This document shows positions 52,296 to 63,406 of a DNA stretch of 64,000 bases, piece by piece. The position numbers and the translations under genes are program-made. A model generated the notes under the pieces. It saw only the letters and a program-made list of their open reading frames with translations, did no database searches and was not told the origin of the DNA. Origin of the DNA: an uncultured Gemmatimonadaceae bacterium (GTDB taxonomy: Bacteria > Gemmatimonadota > Gemmatimonadetes > Gemmatimonadales > Gemmatimonadaceae); the NCBI GenBank assembly GCA_963761305.1, contig CAVXGK010000002.1, forward strand, positions 3,355,431 through 3,419,430, written 5' to 3'. Every line of letters starts with the position of its first letter. Positions within the stretch are counted from its first letter, which is position 1.

Positions 52296-52584
52296 CTATT
52301 TCAAAACTTTCCACCTTGCCCTAGGGGGATCGAAGGGAGCGCGGCTTTGCAAAGGCAGGCGCAGGGCCTCCCGCTTCCCGGCCTCTCGAATGTGACGATG
52401 AATTTGACTGTCTCGAATCAAACGACTTATTCGCGGCTGGGAGAGTCCCAAAACCTTTCCAAGCTTGCGCTGCCGATGGCCCGTTTTCGGCGACGAAGAC
52501 GCGCGACCTGCCCCTACCGGAGAGCTCGCGCTCGAGGGTGTAGAAGGAGCGGAGGGTGGACTGGAGGTGGGAGAGGAGGTCCAT
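52296..52584 (-). pseudogene. chimeric remnant: Ser/Thr kinase N-terminus plus HTH fragment
   Basis: MDLLSHLQSTL..YTLERELSGRGRSRVFVAE, then QRKLGKVLGLSQPRISRLI in another frame. Confidence 0.45.
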
Positions 52585-52990
52585 CGGCAGGGCAAACGTG
52601 CGCGACGGTTGGAGAGAGGGCCACTATGGGGAGCTTCTACTGCGCAGCTGACGAACGGCGCGACTGAGGACGTCGCGACCGAGGACCGCGCGACTACCAA
52701 ACGGCGCGAAGAGCGCGGCTGCCTAACAACGCGGGCGGACGGAGGGGCCGCGCAGTCTGGCCGCGCCGTGTCGCAGTCGCGCTCTCGGGTCCGCCGTTTG
52801 TCAGCTGCGCTTCCTTCAGTCTCTCGGCGCGAGCCCGACCAGACACGCACGGCTAGGCCGAGTCAAGGCCCGACAGCTCTATCGACACCGTTGTCCCCTG
52901 GCGGACGCGGACTCCGAACGTAGGGGCTGGCCTCGTTTTCGGCGAGGACATCATCGCAACCACCGATGCGCCCACGCAGGCTCCGACGTA

Positions 52991-54463
52991 ATGTCCATCA
53001 TGCGCCTGTCCAAGTCCCGATTCGTCGCCGGTTGGCAATGTCACAGGCTCCTCTGGTGGAAAGTGCACGAGCCGGGCGCCGTCGAGCTCCAGCCCGACAA
53101 AGTCCTCCAGGCCCGCTTCGATCAGGGTTCTCAGGTTGGCGAGTTAGCTCGGGAGCGGTTCGCCGGCGGCACGCTGGTCGATCTCCCGCATCACGAGTTC
53201 GCGAAACGGGTCGCGCGGACGGAACAGGCGCTCCACAGCAGTGCGCCGGCGATTTTCGAGGCGAGCTTTTTCGCCGACGACACCTTCGTTGCCGTAGACG
53301 TCTTGGCTCGAGCCGACAACGAATGGCGCCTGATCGAAGTGAAGTCCGCGTCCTCACTGAAGGACGAGCACATTCCCGACGCCGCGGTTCAGGCGCACGT
53401 GCTAAGCCGGAGCGGCATGGACGTCCACGCCGTGGACATCATGCACCTCAACAAAGAGTTCCGCTTTCCAGACCAGGGCGATTTGTTCGTTCGGAGTGAC
53501 GTGACCGCCGCGGTGCGGGACATGCTGCCGTCGATTCCCGGGGAAATCGAGGCGCAGCTCGACATGCTGAGCGGCCCGTTGCCGGAAGTCCCGATCGGAG
53601 TGCATTGCTCCGAGCCGAGAGATTGTCCGTTCATGCAACGGTGCTGGCCGCAGTCGGCGGATCATATCACCAACCTCTATCTCGTCGGTCCGAAAGCCGC
53701 CGCGACCTACATGCGGGCCGGGGTCCATACGATCAAGGACATTCCCGCCACCAAGAAGCTGTCGTTCGCCGCCAAGCGACAGATCCGAGCAATGAAAGAA
53801 GATCGACTCATCGTCGAGCCGGCTCTCGCGAAGGCGCTCAAGGCGTTCGATGGGAAACTCGCGTTTCTCGATTTCGAAACGATCGCGCGAGCTGTGCCGG
53901 TTTGGCCGGGGATGGCTCCGTGGGAACAAGCCGCCGCCCAGTTCAGCTACCACGAGTCAAACCACCAAGGCGGCTACAGCCACGTCGGGTATTTGGCGGA
54001 AGGATCCCAGGATGCACGGCCCGAGCTTGCGCGCGCTATGATCGACGCGACCGCCGGCGCCGAGAAAGTCGTGACGTACACGTCATTCGAGAAAACCCAG
54101 ATTCGCGCGCTGCAGCGGGCGGTTCCGGCGCTCAAGAGCGAACTGGAAGCATTGGAAGGGAAGCTCATCGACCTTCACCCGCTGATCCGGGACTACGTAT
54201 ACCATCCCGACTTTCGCGGGAGCTTCAGCCTGAAGTACGTGCTGACGCCGATGGTGCCGGAGTTGACGTACAGCGACCTGGTGATCGTGGACGGGCTGGT
54301 CGCGAGCGTCGAGATCGCTCGGCTACTCTTCGTCGCGCAGAAGATCGCGCCGGAGGAACGGGACCGGGTCAGGAAAGACTTGCTCGACTACTGCGAGCGA
54401 GATACGTGGGCGATGGTGAGGCTGCTGGAAAGGGTGAGAGAGCTGGCTGCGGGGCTTTCCTAA
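52991..54463 (+). CDS. DUF2779 protein: Cas4-like PD-(D/E)XK/Fe-S nuclease plus RNase H-like domain
   Basis: LSKS..QC, VDVL..IEVKS, HC..C..C, FLDFET, FSLK, YCERDT. Confidence 0.9.
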   Translation: MSIMRLSKSRFVAGWQCHRLLWWKVHEPGAVELQPDKVLQARFDQGSQVGELARERFAGGTLVDLPHHEFAKRVARTEQALHSSAPAIFEASFFADDTFVAVDVLARADNEWRLIEVKSASSLKDEHIPDAAVQAHVLSRSGMDVHAVDIMHLNKEFRFPDQGDLFVRSDVTAAVRDMLPSIPGEIEAQLDMLSGPLPEVPIGVHCSEPRDCPFMQRCWPQSADHITNLYLVGPKAAATYMRAGVHTIKDIPATKKLSFAAKRQIRAMKEDRLIVEPALAKALKAFDGKLAFLDFETIARAVPVWPGMAPWEQAAAQFSYHESNHQGGYSHVGYLAEGSQDARPELARAMIDATAGAEKVVTYTSFEKTQIRALQRAVPALKSELEALEGKLIDLHPLIRDYVYHPDFRGSFSLKYVLTPMVPELTYSDLVIVDGLVASVEIARLLFVAQKIAPEERDRVRKDLLDYCERDTWAMVRLLERVRELAAGLS

Positions 54464-54473
54464 CCTCCAGCGC

Positions 54474-55662
54474 ATGACGCAAACCACCGCAGACGGCCAA
54501 ATCGCGCGCCACCTTGTCGGCGTCTGGAACCCGTCGTACGCGGCGGATGCCATGAGTTCAACGGTGGCGTTGCTCCTTCGGCGAGTCCGCGCCTATCGAC
54601 AGGACGAGCTGGACGAGGACGACGTCTACGTCTGGTGGGGCAAGGTCAAGTCGTCGAATCGGCAGTCGCCGCTGCCGCAGCTTCCCGAAATCCTTGCAAT
54701 GGACCGTGAGCTGCAGTCCGACGAGGGCGTCGAGGCGGAGATGCACCTATATCTCACCGACTATCGGTCGCTATACGTCGGGCATGTCGCCGAGATCACG
54801 AGCGACGATCCTCGCGAGAGCGAAGACGGCGCCGATACCGTCCCGGCGTTCTACGATGAGGCGGAGTTCAAGTGCGATTGCTGGTTTCGCCTGTTCGACA
54901 TTCGGCGCGTGGTGTCAGACGATACAGTGGCGGTCGTCGATGAGTTGAAGAAGCTCCGCAATACGCGCTACAACGATCGGCCCGTTTCGCTCTACGGCGG
55001 AATGGTCGAGCTGCCGCTCATCGTTACAAGAGCCGACGGCGCCCGCTACTTCGAGCAGGATGTTCGGGACAAGCTGATCGATGGCCGGTTCTGGGTTGAG
55101 TTCGACGCCGATCGAACAGGCATCGGTGAACTGGAGCGCGATCTGCGCGAGAACGTCGTCGGCGAAAAGGCGTGGAACGCGCTCGATCCAGCCGCTCGAA
55201 CGTTCGTTGCCACCGCCGAATCTTTGTTTCGCGTGCATCGCCGGGATGCAGGATTCGACTTCTCGGCGGTCGTGATTGACTTGGCGAAGGCAGTCGAGCT
55301 CCAAACGAACATCCTTCTTCGCCACGCACTGCGGGATGCGCCGGTCGCAGATCGCCGGGTCAACGTCGATGGGCGAAGCGTGGATCTGGCAGCCGGAGAG
55401 CTCTGGCCGCTGGGTGTCCTTGCGCGTTTGGTCGGGCCAAGACGAGCGTCTGAATCGCACGCTAAAGCAACGTTTCGCCACCGGCGGAGAATGGTTTACG
55501 GCCAGCCTTCCGCCGGTACTAAAGGATCTATCGGAACTCAGGAATCCCGCAGCACATTCGCGAACGGTGTCGGTCGAAGACGCATTGCGCTGGCGCGATC
55601 GGGTTCTGGGGATCGGGCAGCTCGGACTGTTGGCCGAGTTGCAGCGCGTGAGGGTGAAATAG
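54474..55662 (+). CDS. HP0729-like protein with C-terminal HEPN-like RxxxxH motif (frameshift near 55430)
   Basis: WNPSY, VWWGKV, LYLTDYRSLYV, VSLYGG; C-terminal LSELRNPAAH. Confidence 0.65.
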
Positions 55663-55677
55663 GGACGTCGAGGCCCG

Positions 55678-55830
55678 CGAGACGCCAATCGGGCAAAGCT
55701 GTGGCGCGACCCGGTTCGCGTGCACGATGGCGGTAACTTCTCCCGCGGTGAACTGGCTCGTATCCTTCTGGAAGTCCGAGAACACGAGCAACTCCTTCTG
55801 AGCCGCTGGGATGAGTACTTCGCCGATTGA
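55678..55830 (+). pseudogene. DUF4160 toxin, N-terminally truncated
   Basis: AKLWRDPVR..GNFSRGELARI..LLSRWDEYFAD*; no HxH-containing N-terminus. Confidence 0.65.
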
Positions 55831-56116
55831 ACCTCGGCCGGCCACTGCCGAGGCAGTTCGCCTGTCCGCAACCAGTCTGACCGTCGATCTCGCGGACGGG
55901 CGCAGCATTGTCGTTCCGCTCGGGTGGTATCCTCGGCTCGCCACTGCGACGCCCGCTGAAAGAAACAATTGGCGATTCATCGGCCGCGGTGAGGGCATCC
56001 ATTGGCCCGATCTCGACGAGGACATCAGCGTTGACAATCTCCTTCGCGGGGCGCAGTCCGGGGAGAGCAAGGGCTCGTTCAACAACTGGCTACAATCGCG
56101 CCGACCCGTGTTGTAA
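55811..56116 (+). CDS. DUF2442 antitoxin
   Basis: LADGRSIVVPLGWYPRL..GIHWPDLDEDISV. Confidence 0.9.
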   Translation: MSTSPIEPRPATAEAVRLSATSLTVDLADGRSIVVPLGWYPRLATATPAERNNWRFIGRGEGIHWPDLDEDISVDNLLRGAQSGESKGSFNNWLQSRRPVL

Positions 56117-56129
56117 GGCCCTTCGAGCG

Positions 56130-56438
56130 ATGCGCAAAGACCCAGGCACTGATGCGGATTCCGCCGCTGGACTGAGTTCCCGTGTGCCGTGGCATGTCAC
56201 GGATGTTCGCCCAGCGGGCGGCTATCGCCTCTTCGTGACATTCGCGGACGGAACTCGTGGCGAGGCGGACCTGTCGCGTCTCGTTGCGAGTGACGATGCC
56301 GGTGTGTTCGAACAGCTCCGCGATCCGGCCGTGTTTGCGCGCGTCGGCGTTGCTCACGGTGCGGTGACATGGCCGAACGGCCTCGATCTCGCGCCGGACG
56401 CGATGTACGATGAGATCAAGAAGGAGGAGCCGACATGA
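56130..56438 (+). CDS. DUF2442 antitoxin (second subtype)
   Basis: YRLFVTFADG..GVFEQLRDP..VTWPNGLDLAPD. Confidence 0.85.
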   Translation: MRKDPGTDADSAAGLSSRVPWHVTDVRPAGGYRLFVTFADGTRGEADLSRLVASDDAGVFEQLRDPAVFARVGVAHGAVTWPNGLDLAPDAMYDEIKKEEPT

Positions 56439-56650
56439 GCCGATACGTGATTCTCATCGAACCGACAAACTCTGGCTTCTCGGCCTACTTGCCGGATCTT
56501 CCCGGTTGTGTGTCAACGGGACGCACGGCCGCCGAGGTCGAGGCGAATATGCGGGAAGCGGTGGAAGGGCACTTCGAGGAGCTCCGACTTGCCGGACTGC
56601 CGATTCCTCGCCCCACGACCGCCGCGGGCTACGTCGAGGTTCCAGCGTAG
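56435..56650 (+). CDS. hicB: HicB family antitoxin
   Basis: FSAYLPDLPGCVSTG.T..E...NMREAVEGH. Confidence 0.9.
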   Translation: MSRYVILIEPTNSGFSAYLPDLPGCVSTGRTAAEVEANMREAVEGHFEELRLAGLPIPRPTTAAGYVEVPA

Positions 56651-56730
56651 CCGAACCCCGCGCGAGGGCACAGGGGCTGTCCTCGTATCCTTTACTGGCA
56701 GGTTTCCCTAGTTAAGGATAAGTACTAACC

Positions 56731-56874
56731 TTGACTAAGTACCTCGATGCTGTGGACTCGCTGACGACTCGATGGCGCACGAAGCTGCAACGCCATTCGG
56801 CGCCGCGCGCCGATGCCGCAGCCTGGTCTCTCATCGACCTGTTGCCGGCGCACCCCGTCATCACCGCGCAGGCG
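56731..56874 (+). pseudogene. fragment resembling a Fic-family C-terminal region, interrupted by IS21
   Basis: PRADAAAWSLIDLLPAHPVITA. Confidence 0.4.
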
Positions 56875-56941
56875 TGTCAACGCCGGTTGAAAACGGAACA
56901 CGCCACCGGGTGAAAATGGAACACTGTGCGGGGGCCGAGCC

Positions 56942-57790
56942 CTAGGCGGTTGCGGTGTCTCCTGTCGGTGTGCCCGGCGTTCTGTAGCCGGGGGTGGAGC
57001 GGTATGGAGTCGACGGGCGAGTTCAGCGTGCTGTCGAAGGCGGTAGCTGTTGCCGCGGATGTTGACGATGTGGCAGTGGTGGACGAGCCGATCGATCAGC
57101 GCCGCCGCCATGACCTCGTCGCCGAAGATCTCGCCCCATTCTTCGAAGCCTTTGTTGCTCGTGAGGATGGTCGAGGCGTGTTCGTACCGCCGGGTGAGGA
57201 GTTGGAAGAAGAGCATCGCCCCGGTGCGCGTGATGGGGAGATAGCCGATCTCGTCGATGATCATCAAGCTCGGGAAGACCAGGGTGCGGAGCCGATGGCG
57301 TGAGCCGGCCGCCGATCTGCGCCTCTTCGAGCGAGTGGAGCAGATCGGCGAGCGTCGTGAAGTAGACGCGGCGGCCGTGCTCGCGCCGCCGCGACGGCCA
57401 AACTGAGCGCGAGGTGCGTTTTGCCGACGCCGGGCGGCCCGAGCAAGACGACATTCTCCTTGCGCTCGATGAAGCCCAGCGTGTGTAAACTCTCAATCTG
57501 CTCGCGCTTCACGCTCGGCTGAAAGCTGAAATCGAAGTCGGCGAGCGTTTTGACCGCCGGGCAGCCGCGCCGAGCGCATCGCGGTCTGGAGGCGGCGCGC
57601 GTTGCGCAGCTGGATGTGCGCGCCGAGGAGTTGCTCGATCGCGTCGCCCGGGCTGACCTGCGCCCGAGTCGCAGCGCCGGAGAATGTCGTCGAGCGCCTC
57701 GAGCGCGCCCGGCATCTTGAGATCGGCGAGCTGCGTGCGGAGGCGCTCGCGCAGCGACGCACTCGTCGCGGGCCGCGTCGTGCGACTCAT
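56942..57790 (-). CDS. istB: IS21 helper ATPase IstB (frameshifted; 3' end approximate)
   Basis: GPPGVGKTHLA, IIDEIGY, TSNK, IDRLVHH, GNSYR. Confidence 0.9.
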
Positions 57791-58821
57791 GGCTCGCCTC
57801 CGGCCGCGAGCGCGGCGTACGTCGCCAGCTCGCGCCGCTCCACGGCGACGTGCGGGAGGGTGGCGCGCTCCGGCACGCGGGGCGCGCGCGGCGGGCAGCA
57901 CGAGGGACCGATACGGCCGCGACGGCAGCGGGCGGAGGAGCGGCTGCTCGACCTGGGCGAAGCGCTCGGCCGGAATCCACTTCGTCGTCGCATGCTGCCG
58001 CACATTCGCCACGGTCGCGAGCCAGTCCAGCACCTGCGCGTTGAGATCCGCGTCGCTCAGGAACGTGCGGCCATAGAGAAAACTGTCCCGCAGGTAGCGG
58101 ATGGGTCGCTCCACCTTGCCCTTGGTCTGGGCGCGATACGGCTGACACACGCGAATCCGAAAGCCACAGTGCCGCGCGAAGCGCGAGAGCTCGAGATTGT
58201 GCACGAGCCGTCCGCCCGCGAGGCGATCATCGCGGGTGAGCACCGACCGCATCTGATCGAAGAGGAGCTCGCGGGCCACGCCGCCCCACGCGGTGAAGCA
58301 CGCCTCGAGGCCGAGCAGCAACGTCGCGAGGTCCTGCCGCGGATAGAACTGCACCCACAAGAGCCGCGAGTACCCGAGCACTACGACGAACGCGTAGCGC
58401 ACGCCCCACGGCAAGCGACAATGCGCAAAGTCGACCTGCGCTTGGTGCCCGGGCTCCGTCTCGAAGCGCACCACCGGCTCGGGCGCGGGGCGGAGCCGCC
58501 GCACAAAGTCACGAAGCTGCGTGATCCCACCGGTGTAGCCGGCCGCGCGGCATTCGGCGAGCAAGCGCGTCCCGCTCAAGCGCGGGAACTCGGCGAGCCG
58601 CGCCTCGATGATCGCCGTGTACGCTCGAGCTTCGTCGCCGCCGGCGCTCGCGGCCCATAGCGAGCGCGGATCGTCTCGAGCGGCTGCTCCAACAGCCCGG
58701 CCTTGATCCATCGGTACAGCGTCGTCCGCCCGACACCGGCGCGGCGGGCGGCCTCGGCCCGATCGCCGCCGGCCTCCTCAAGTAGCTGATGCAGCATCAT
58801 ACGCGTGAACACTCCGTGCAT
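57787..58821 (-). CDS. istA: IS21 transposase IstA (frameshifted)
   Basis: RFETEPGHQAQVDF, LGYSR, FDQM, TKGKVER. Confidence 0.9.
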
Positions 58822-58949
58822 AGCGGGCTCGCCGAGAAGTCGAGCCCAAAGGTCGGAAACGGAGCGGCGCCTCGTACAGCAGCGACGCTAGGAACGTGTT
58901 CCGTTTTCGACCGGTGGAGTGTTCAATTTTCAGCCGGTGCTAACAGGCG

Positions 58950-59197
58950 GCTGACTCAGAATGAAATCGAAATTGATCGCGACGGACTTTTTGCGCGTGT
59001 CTGGTCGAAACCAGTCGCGAGCTCTTGCAAAGGAATTCGGCCTATCTGGGCCCGGCCTGAAGAAGATCTGCACCCGTCTTTTGGTGCCAGTGCCGCCGCG
59101 TGGATACTGGGCAAGGGTGAGTGCCGGGCAACGCATGAAACGTCCGCGACTACCCGTCTTGCCCAAGGGAGCGGCGAAAAATGGTGAACCTTCCTGA
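58950..59197 (+). pseudogene. small MGE-associated HTH protein (VWSKP..PPRGYW type), frameshifted
   Basis: LFARVWSKP / LAKEFGLSGPGLKKIC..VPVPPRGYWA. Confidence 0.6.
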
Positions 59198-59407
59198 CAC
59201 CTGGTACTCGCGCTACCCGCGACAAGGAGGGTGAGCCGAGCGGCAAGCCTTCGTCCTCAAACCAGGCCTTCGGAACTCCAGAAACACCGCAATTCTCCGA
59301 ACTCCATCCGACTCGGCGCACCCTCATGCGCTATGGTCTCACGGGCGTCGATACTCGCGCATGATCTCCTTTACCATTTGTTATTGGTCGCGCATTCACC
59401 CCCTAAC

Positions 59408-60167
59408 CTACCGGACACGACGGGCGATGGTGAGCCGAAGGTTTCCGATCGCTCTCGCAGGCATCCTGGCGCCAGCGGCTGAAAGGAATCGTTCGGCGAG
59501 ACTCGGCGCCACGGAACGCATTCGGCTCACGAGCTCATGAAATGCGTATCCGCATACTGCTTCGCTCTCTCCAAGATCCACGGTGTCAATGGCGACTTGA
59601 CCAGCCGTCTCGAAGAGTGTGAAAATGTTTGGCGCCGTTAGGAAACACAAAATAATTGAGAAGGCAGAGATTTCGGACAGAACGCTGCGGGAGCGTTCGG
59701 CCCGGCTCATCGCGTACGCCGAAGATATGACAATGTTTGAGTCCCCTCGACTAAAGCGTATTTGCATCGCGAGTGGAGAGCGCGCGCGTCGCATGCGTCC
59801 AAGGCCGATCAGCGCGGCCACCCGATCGCATTTTCAGTACTGGGAGGGAGCCACTATCGACGAGATCCGGCCAATCGGCCGCGCTGGCCGCGCCATCTCG
59901 CGCGCGCAGAAGGATCCAGATACCCGGAGCGTTATCGGTGAATACGACTCTTTGATTTCCCTGACGATGTAACCAACCCTTATCCGAACTGCTACGGACG
60001 AAGAGGAGAGGGTCGGATCGTTCGTGCCAGGCAACGGCGGCCTCCGTCCATTCGGCAATGTTCGCAGGGTCGGGCCACCAGGGCTCGACGAATGTTGCGA
60101 AGCACTCGGCAAGCGTTCCCGCCCACGGGTAGACAGGCGTAACGGGATTGGAGGATTTGGCGCACAT
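59408..60167 (-). pseudogene. hypothetical protein with in-frame TAG (59751) and a frameshift; possible His-dependent nuclease
   Basis: Frame continues after the stop as SRGLKHCHIF..RNLCLLNYFVFP. Confidence 0.4.
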
Positions 60168-60265
60168 GGGCAGGCGAGATACTCGGGGCCGGAGCCTGAA
60201 TCGGGCCGACTAAGTGTTTTTTGCGTAGCAAGCCAGATTCTACCACCTACTCTTGGCCAGACAGA

Positions 60266-62054
60266 CTACGTAGGATGACCGGCGGAAGGATTTCGGGTTG
60301 CGCCTACGAGATTCTGGACTGGACCCCGCGTTGCTGCGCTGACGAGTCGGCGCAGCACTGATCTCGCCATTTGGAGAGGAACTGATATATGAACCCCGTC
60401 AGCTAGTCTGCCCACTGAGGATTCGGTCAACGCCGTCCAGAATCCAGCGCGCGCCTTACAATGAGCGCCGACCGTCACAATTAGCTGTTGAGCAACGCGC
60501 CCTTGGTGTAGTCTCCGAGCTTTCGGCTTAGCGACGATGCGACTCTCGACAGCGTGGCCACGGGGAGCCGTGACTGAATGGCCATGCAATAAGCGACGCC
60601 CCGGCGGTGCAGTCCGAGCTCGGCCAAATCGCTGTCGCTTAGGGCTTCGGTTGACACGCTCACCATTACCGCGAACCCCAACATCCAGCGCTCGACCATG
60701 TTCAGATCGAGCCGTTTAGCGACGTTCCCGATAACGCTCTCAGTCTCTTGCGGGTCGGCGAGCGCGCGCGCGGTCCCGCCAACTCGGTCGAGCACAGGGG
60801 TAGCCATGCCTAGCAAAGTTCCTCAAGGTCGCCCTCGCGAAGGTCGAATGTCGAATCTTCCGACGCTTCAGATACTCGTGAGGGATCGACGCCGAGCCAA
60901 ACACCCTTCGGGACGCGGGATAGCGCAACCCGGTCAAGCACACCTCCGCTTGGCGCAACGGAGGGATCGACGATTGACCGTCGAACGAGGTACTCATACG
61001 ACGCGTTGAACATCGGCAACGCAGTGTAGGGAACCCCGCTGTTGTACCCGAGGTTGCTACCCGTTCTTTCGTCCCCTTCCCGTCCATGCGAGACGGTTTG
61101 GCCACTGTCTGCGGCTCCGCCGTCAAGCAGTTCTCGGCCGAGACGGACATCTAGACTGTTCGGTAGATCGGAGCTCAAAGCGTGCAAGAAGTCGCCGGCG
61201 GCCAGATTGGATTTGGAACGCCGGTCTGCTGCACTCTTGCCGACCGAAGCTGGAGTGCGTATAAGAGCAGCATCGGATCAAATCGAAACGCTCCCGCACG
61301 TACGAAATCCAAAATCGGCCGGGGATCGTTGACGCCTCCTGACGCCAATTGAAGTCGCGCCGATTAAGTAGGACCGCGTCATCATCGGGCGCGGAGAACG
61401 AGACAGCCATGTCACAGAACTTTGTGTTCTTTCCTCTTTGACTGTAGTCGAGGGCGATAAAGACGTAAGTCGGCAACTGCCGCCGAGGCTTCGGCAGCTC
61501 GAAGGTCCAAGGCGGTTGAACGCCATCGGCAATTCTCAAAACCCGACGCGCATCGCCATCTGCATCATAGATATAACTCAGCAGTCGTGTGTTTCGTAGC
61601 CGAAGCCGCCTCCGGTTGTTGATCGTTTAATGAAACACTGACCTTTTCGCGGTCCACGTAGCCACCCCGTCGGTGCCACACGAATACGCCGACGGCATCG
61701 CTTTTACCGATCGCTTCGGTCAACGCATTACAGGCGTTGATCGTGCTCGGCATTGCTCGAGCGTCGACATTCGGGATTGGGGAATCCAGCGGTGTTATAG
61801 CGCTCCTGATGTCGCGCACCGCGTCGTCGCTCTCAACGGCTATGATCCGATCGCGATAATGCGAGCCAATACTGAATCTGACCTTGTAGAGACCAGGACT
61901 TACGCTGACTTCCAGCCGGCCGGTGCCTTGGCCAACAAGACGTCGAAGTCCGTCAAATACTGAGAGATTCGTCACGGCGTTTGCACCGGTGACCCGTACG
62001 ACAATGGATCGCCGTTCGTCGATGTCACTGGTCGGTCTACTACGCGTCGGCATG
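60266..62054 (-). pseudogene. large caspase-partner protein, multiply frameshifted
   Basis: MPTRSRP..VFDGLRRLVGQGTGRLEVSVSPGLYKVRF continuing through ORFs 61123..61539, 60481..60816, 60266..60589. Confidence 0.5.
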
Positions 62055-63155
62055 AACGAATGCCTCCAGCGAAATGGACAGTCATCGGGGCCTAGGACTT
62101 CGAATAGAGTCTCCTTGCCGAGGCCGTCCGACTGACGCGCGCGATACAAGACCGGTATCAAGCGAGCATGCCATACCCCGCCGATCGTGGTACCCGCGAT
62201 TGGCGCTTTCCCTTATAGTCTGTTACTTCAATCGGAGGCCACGTCCCGCTTTCGATAGACACAGACGCTTCAAGCGGTCGGCGGTTCTCCGCGAAAACGA
62301 TGTCCTGGCTGAATTCAAAATGCGGGTCATCTTCGCCAACCACGCCGCCGATAGTGGGCAGATAGTATCGAACAAAGTCACGTAGGCTGCTCGATGTCAC
62401 GCGTTGCTGCGCGTCGAGCGCCCAGCCGTCGAGTCCCCGGAGAACGGCTCGGCTGAAAAGACCATGGCAACTCAAGACATCCTCGAAATACTCCTCCTCC
62501 GTTGTGACTCCATAACGAGTAGCAAAGCAGAACGTGCGTCGCACGGCGCGGTCAGTCTTTGGAATAACTGACCAAGTAAGCGACCGAACTGGAGCCTCCG
62601 GTAGATCCTCGCGGCAGCAGTCCATGATCAAAACGACCTCCTCAAAGAGGCCGGATCGCGTCAGAACACACTGGCGGCCGGCCGGCCCGGCAAGCTGAAA
62701 CCCAGATCCTCGTTAAGGGCGTCTGCCGTGAACATCGATGCCGTGTCCCAGTCGGGCGAAAAGCCATGCCCGGCAAGAAAAATGTACAATCGTCTGCCCA
62801 CGCGCTTCGGGCTTATGGCTCGCCCCAGTGCTAGCAGGCGCCGAAACGGACGATCGACATCGACGCAGTTGGGCCGTGCCTCCAAGGCATCAGAGACTGG
62901 ACCGTACATTGAGCTCGTGATCAATTGAATATTGCATGGCGGCACCTCGGCCTCGCTTCGCAGCCACTCGGCGAACGCGAGCGCATCGGGTTCGGCGCCC
63001 TTGAGATCGCCCAGGTTCGGGTAATAGTTCAAGCCGATCACGACTGCGAAATCAGCTCCGATGTCAAAATCCGAATCGGTCTCCAAGTGAGAAGTAGTCA
63101 GCTGGTCGGCGATCATTTCGCGGTTTCGAGGACGAAGGACACTAGTTGCGAGCAA
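62050..63155 (-). CDS. caspase-like peptidase (C14 family), frameshifted
   Basis: FAVVIGLNYY..LKGAEPDA, FLAGHG, IMDCCR, GLFSRAVLRGL. Confidence 0.85.
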
Positions 63156-63354
63156 ATGCTGTGAGAGCGCGCTGAACGCGAGGATTCCGAGAGCGCCCGT
63201 GCGATTCCTTTAAGAGGTCCTTGAGTCGCCGGCTAATTCCGCGCGCGCCACTCAACGTCCAAAATGTTGCGCGAACGTCGACATCGCCATAGGACGTTCG
63301 CAAGGTCGCAGAGCTGGTGCGAGCGTTCTTGATTTCTTCAAACTCCAGATCCAC
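63142..63354 (-). CDS. small hypothetical protein
   Basis: 70-aa ORF between the hydrolase and the caspase, same strand. Confidence 0.35.
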   Translation of the reverse strand: MDLEFEEIKNARTSSATLRTSYGDVDVRATFWTLSGARGISRRLKDLLKESHGRSRNPRVQRALTAFARN

Positions 63355-63406
63355 CCTGACTTTTCGGCCAGGCCATTCGAGTCGGCCTGTCAGAGCGCAG
63401 CTTTCC

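Larger units (their letters stand above)
56875..58945 (-). mobile_element. IS21 family insertion sequence
   Basis: TG..CA ends; IRs TGTCAACGCCGGTTGAAAACGGAACAC and GTGTTCAATTTTCAGCCGGTGCTAACA with internal reiterations; GGCG duplicated at 56871-56874 and 58946-58949. Confidence 0.95.

Noticed and set aside
57602..58660. Long antisense or alternate-frame ORFs (e.g. 57602..58660 +, 53605..54477 +, 33560..34603 +, 1977..2792 +)
   Set aside because: Arg/Ala/Pro-rich shadow ORFs typical of high-GC DNA, overlapping well-supported genes.
60266..62054. Caspase partner as a bacterial gasdermin
   Set aside because: It is too long and I see no recognisable gasdermin features; it cannot be assigned without structure prediction.
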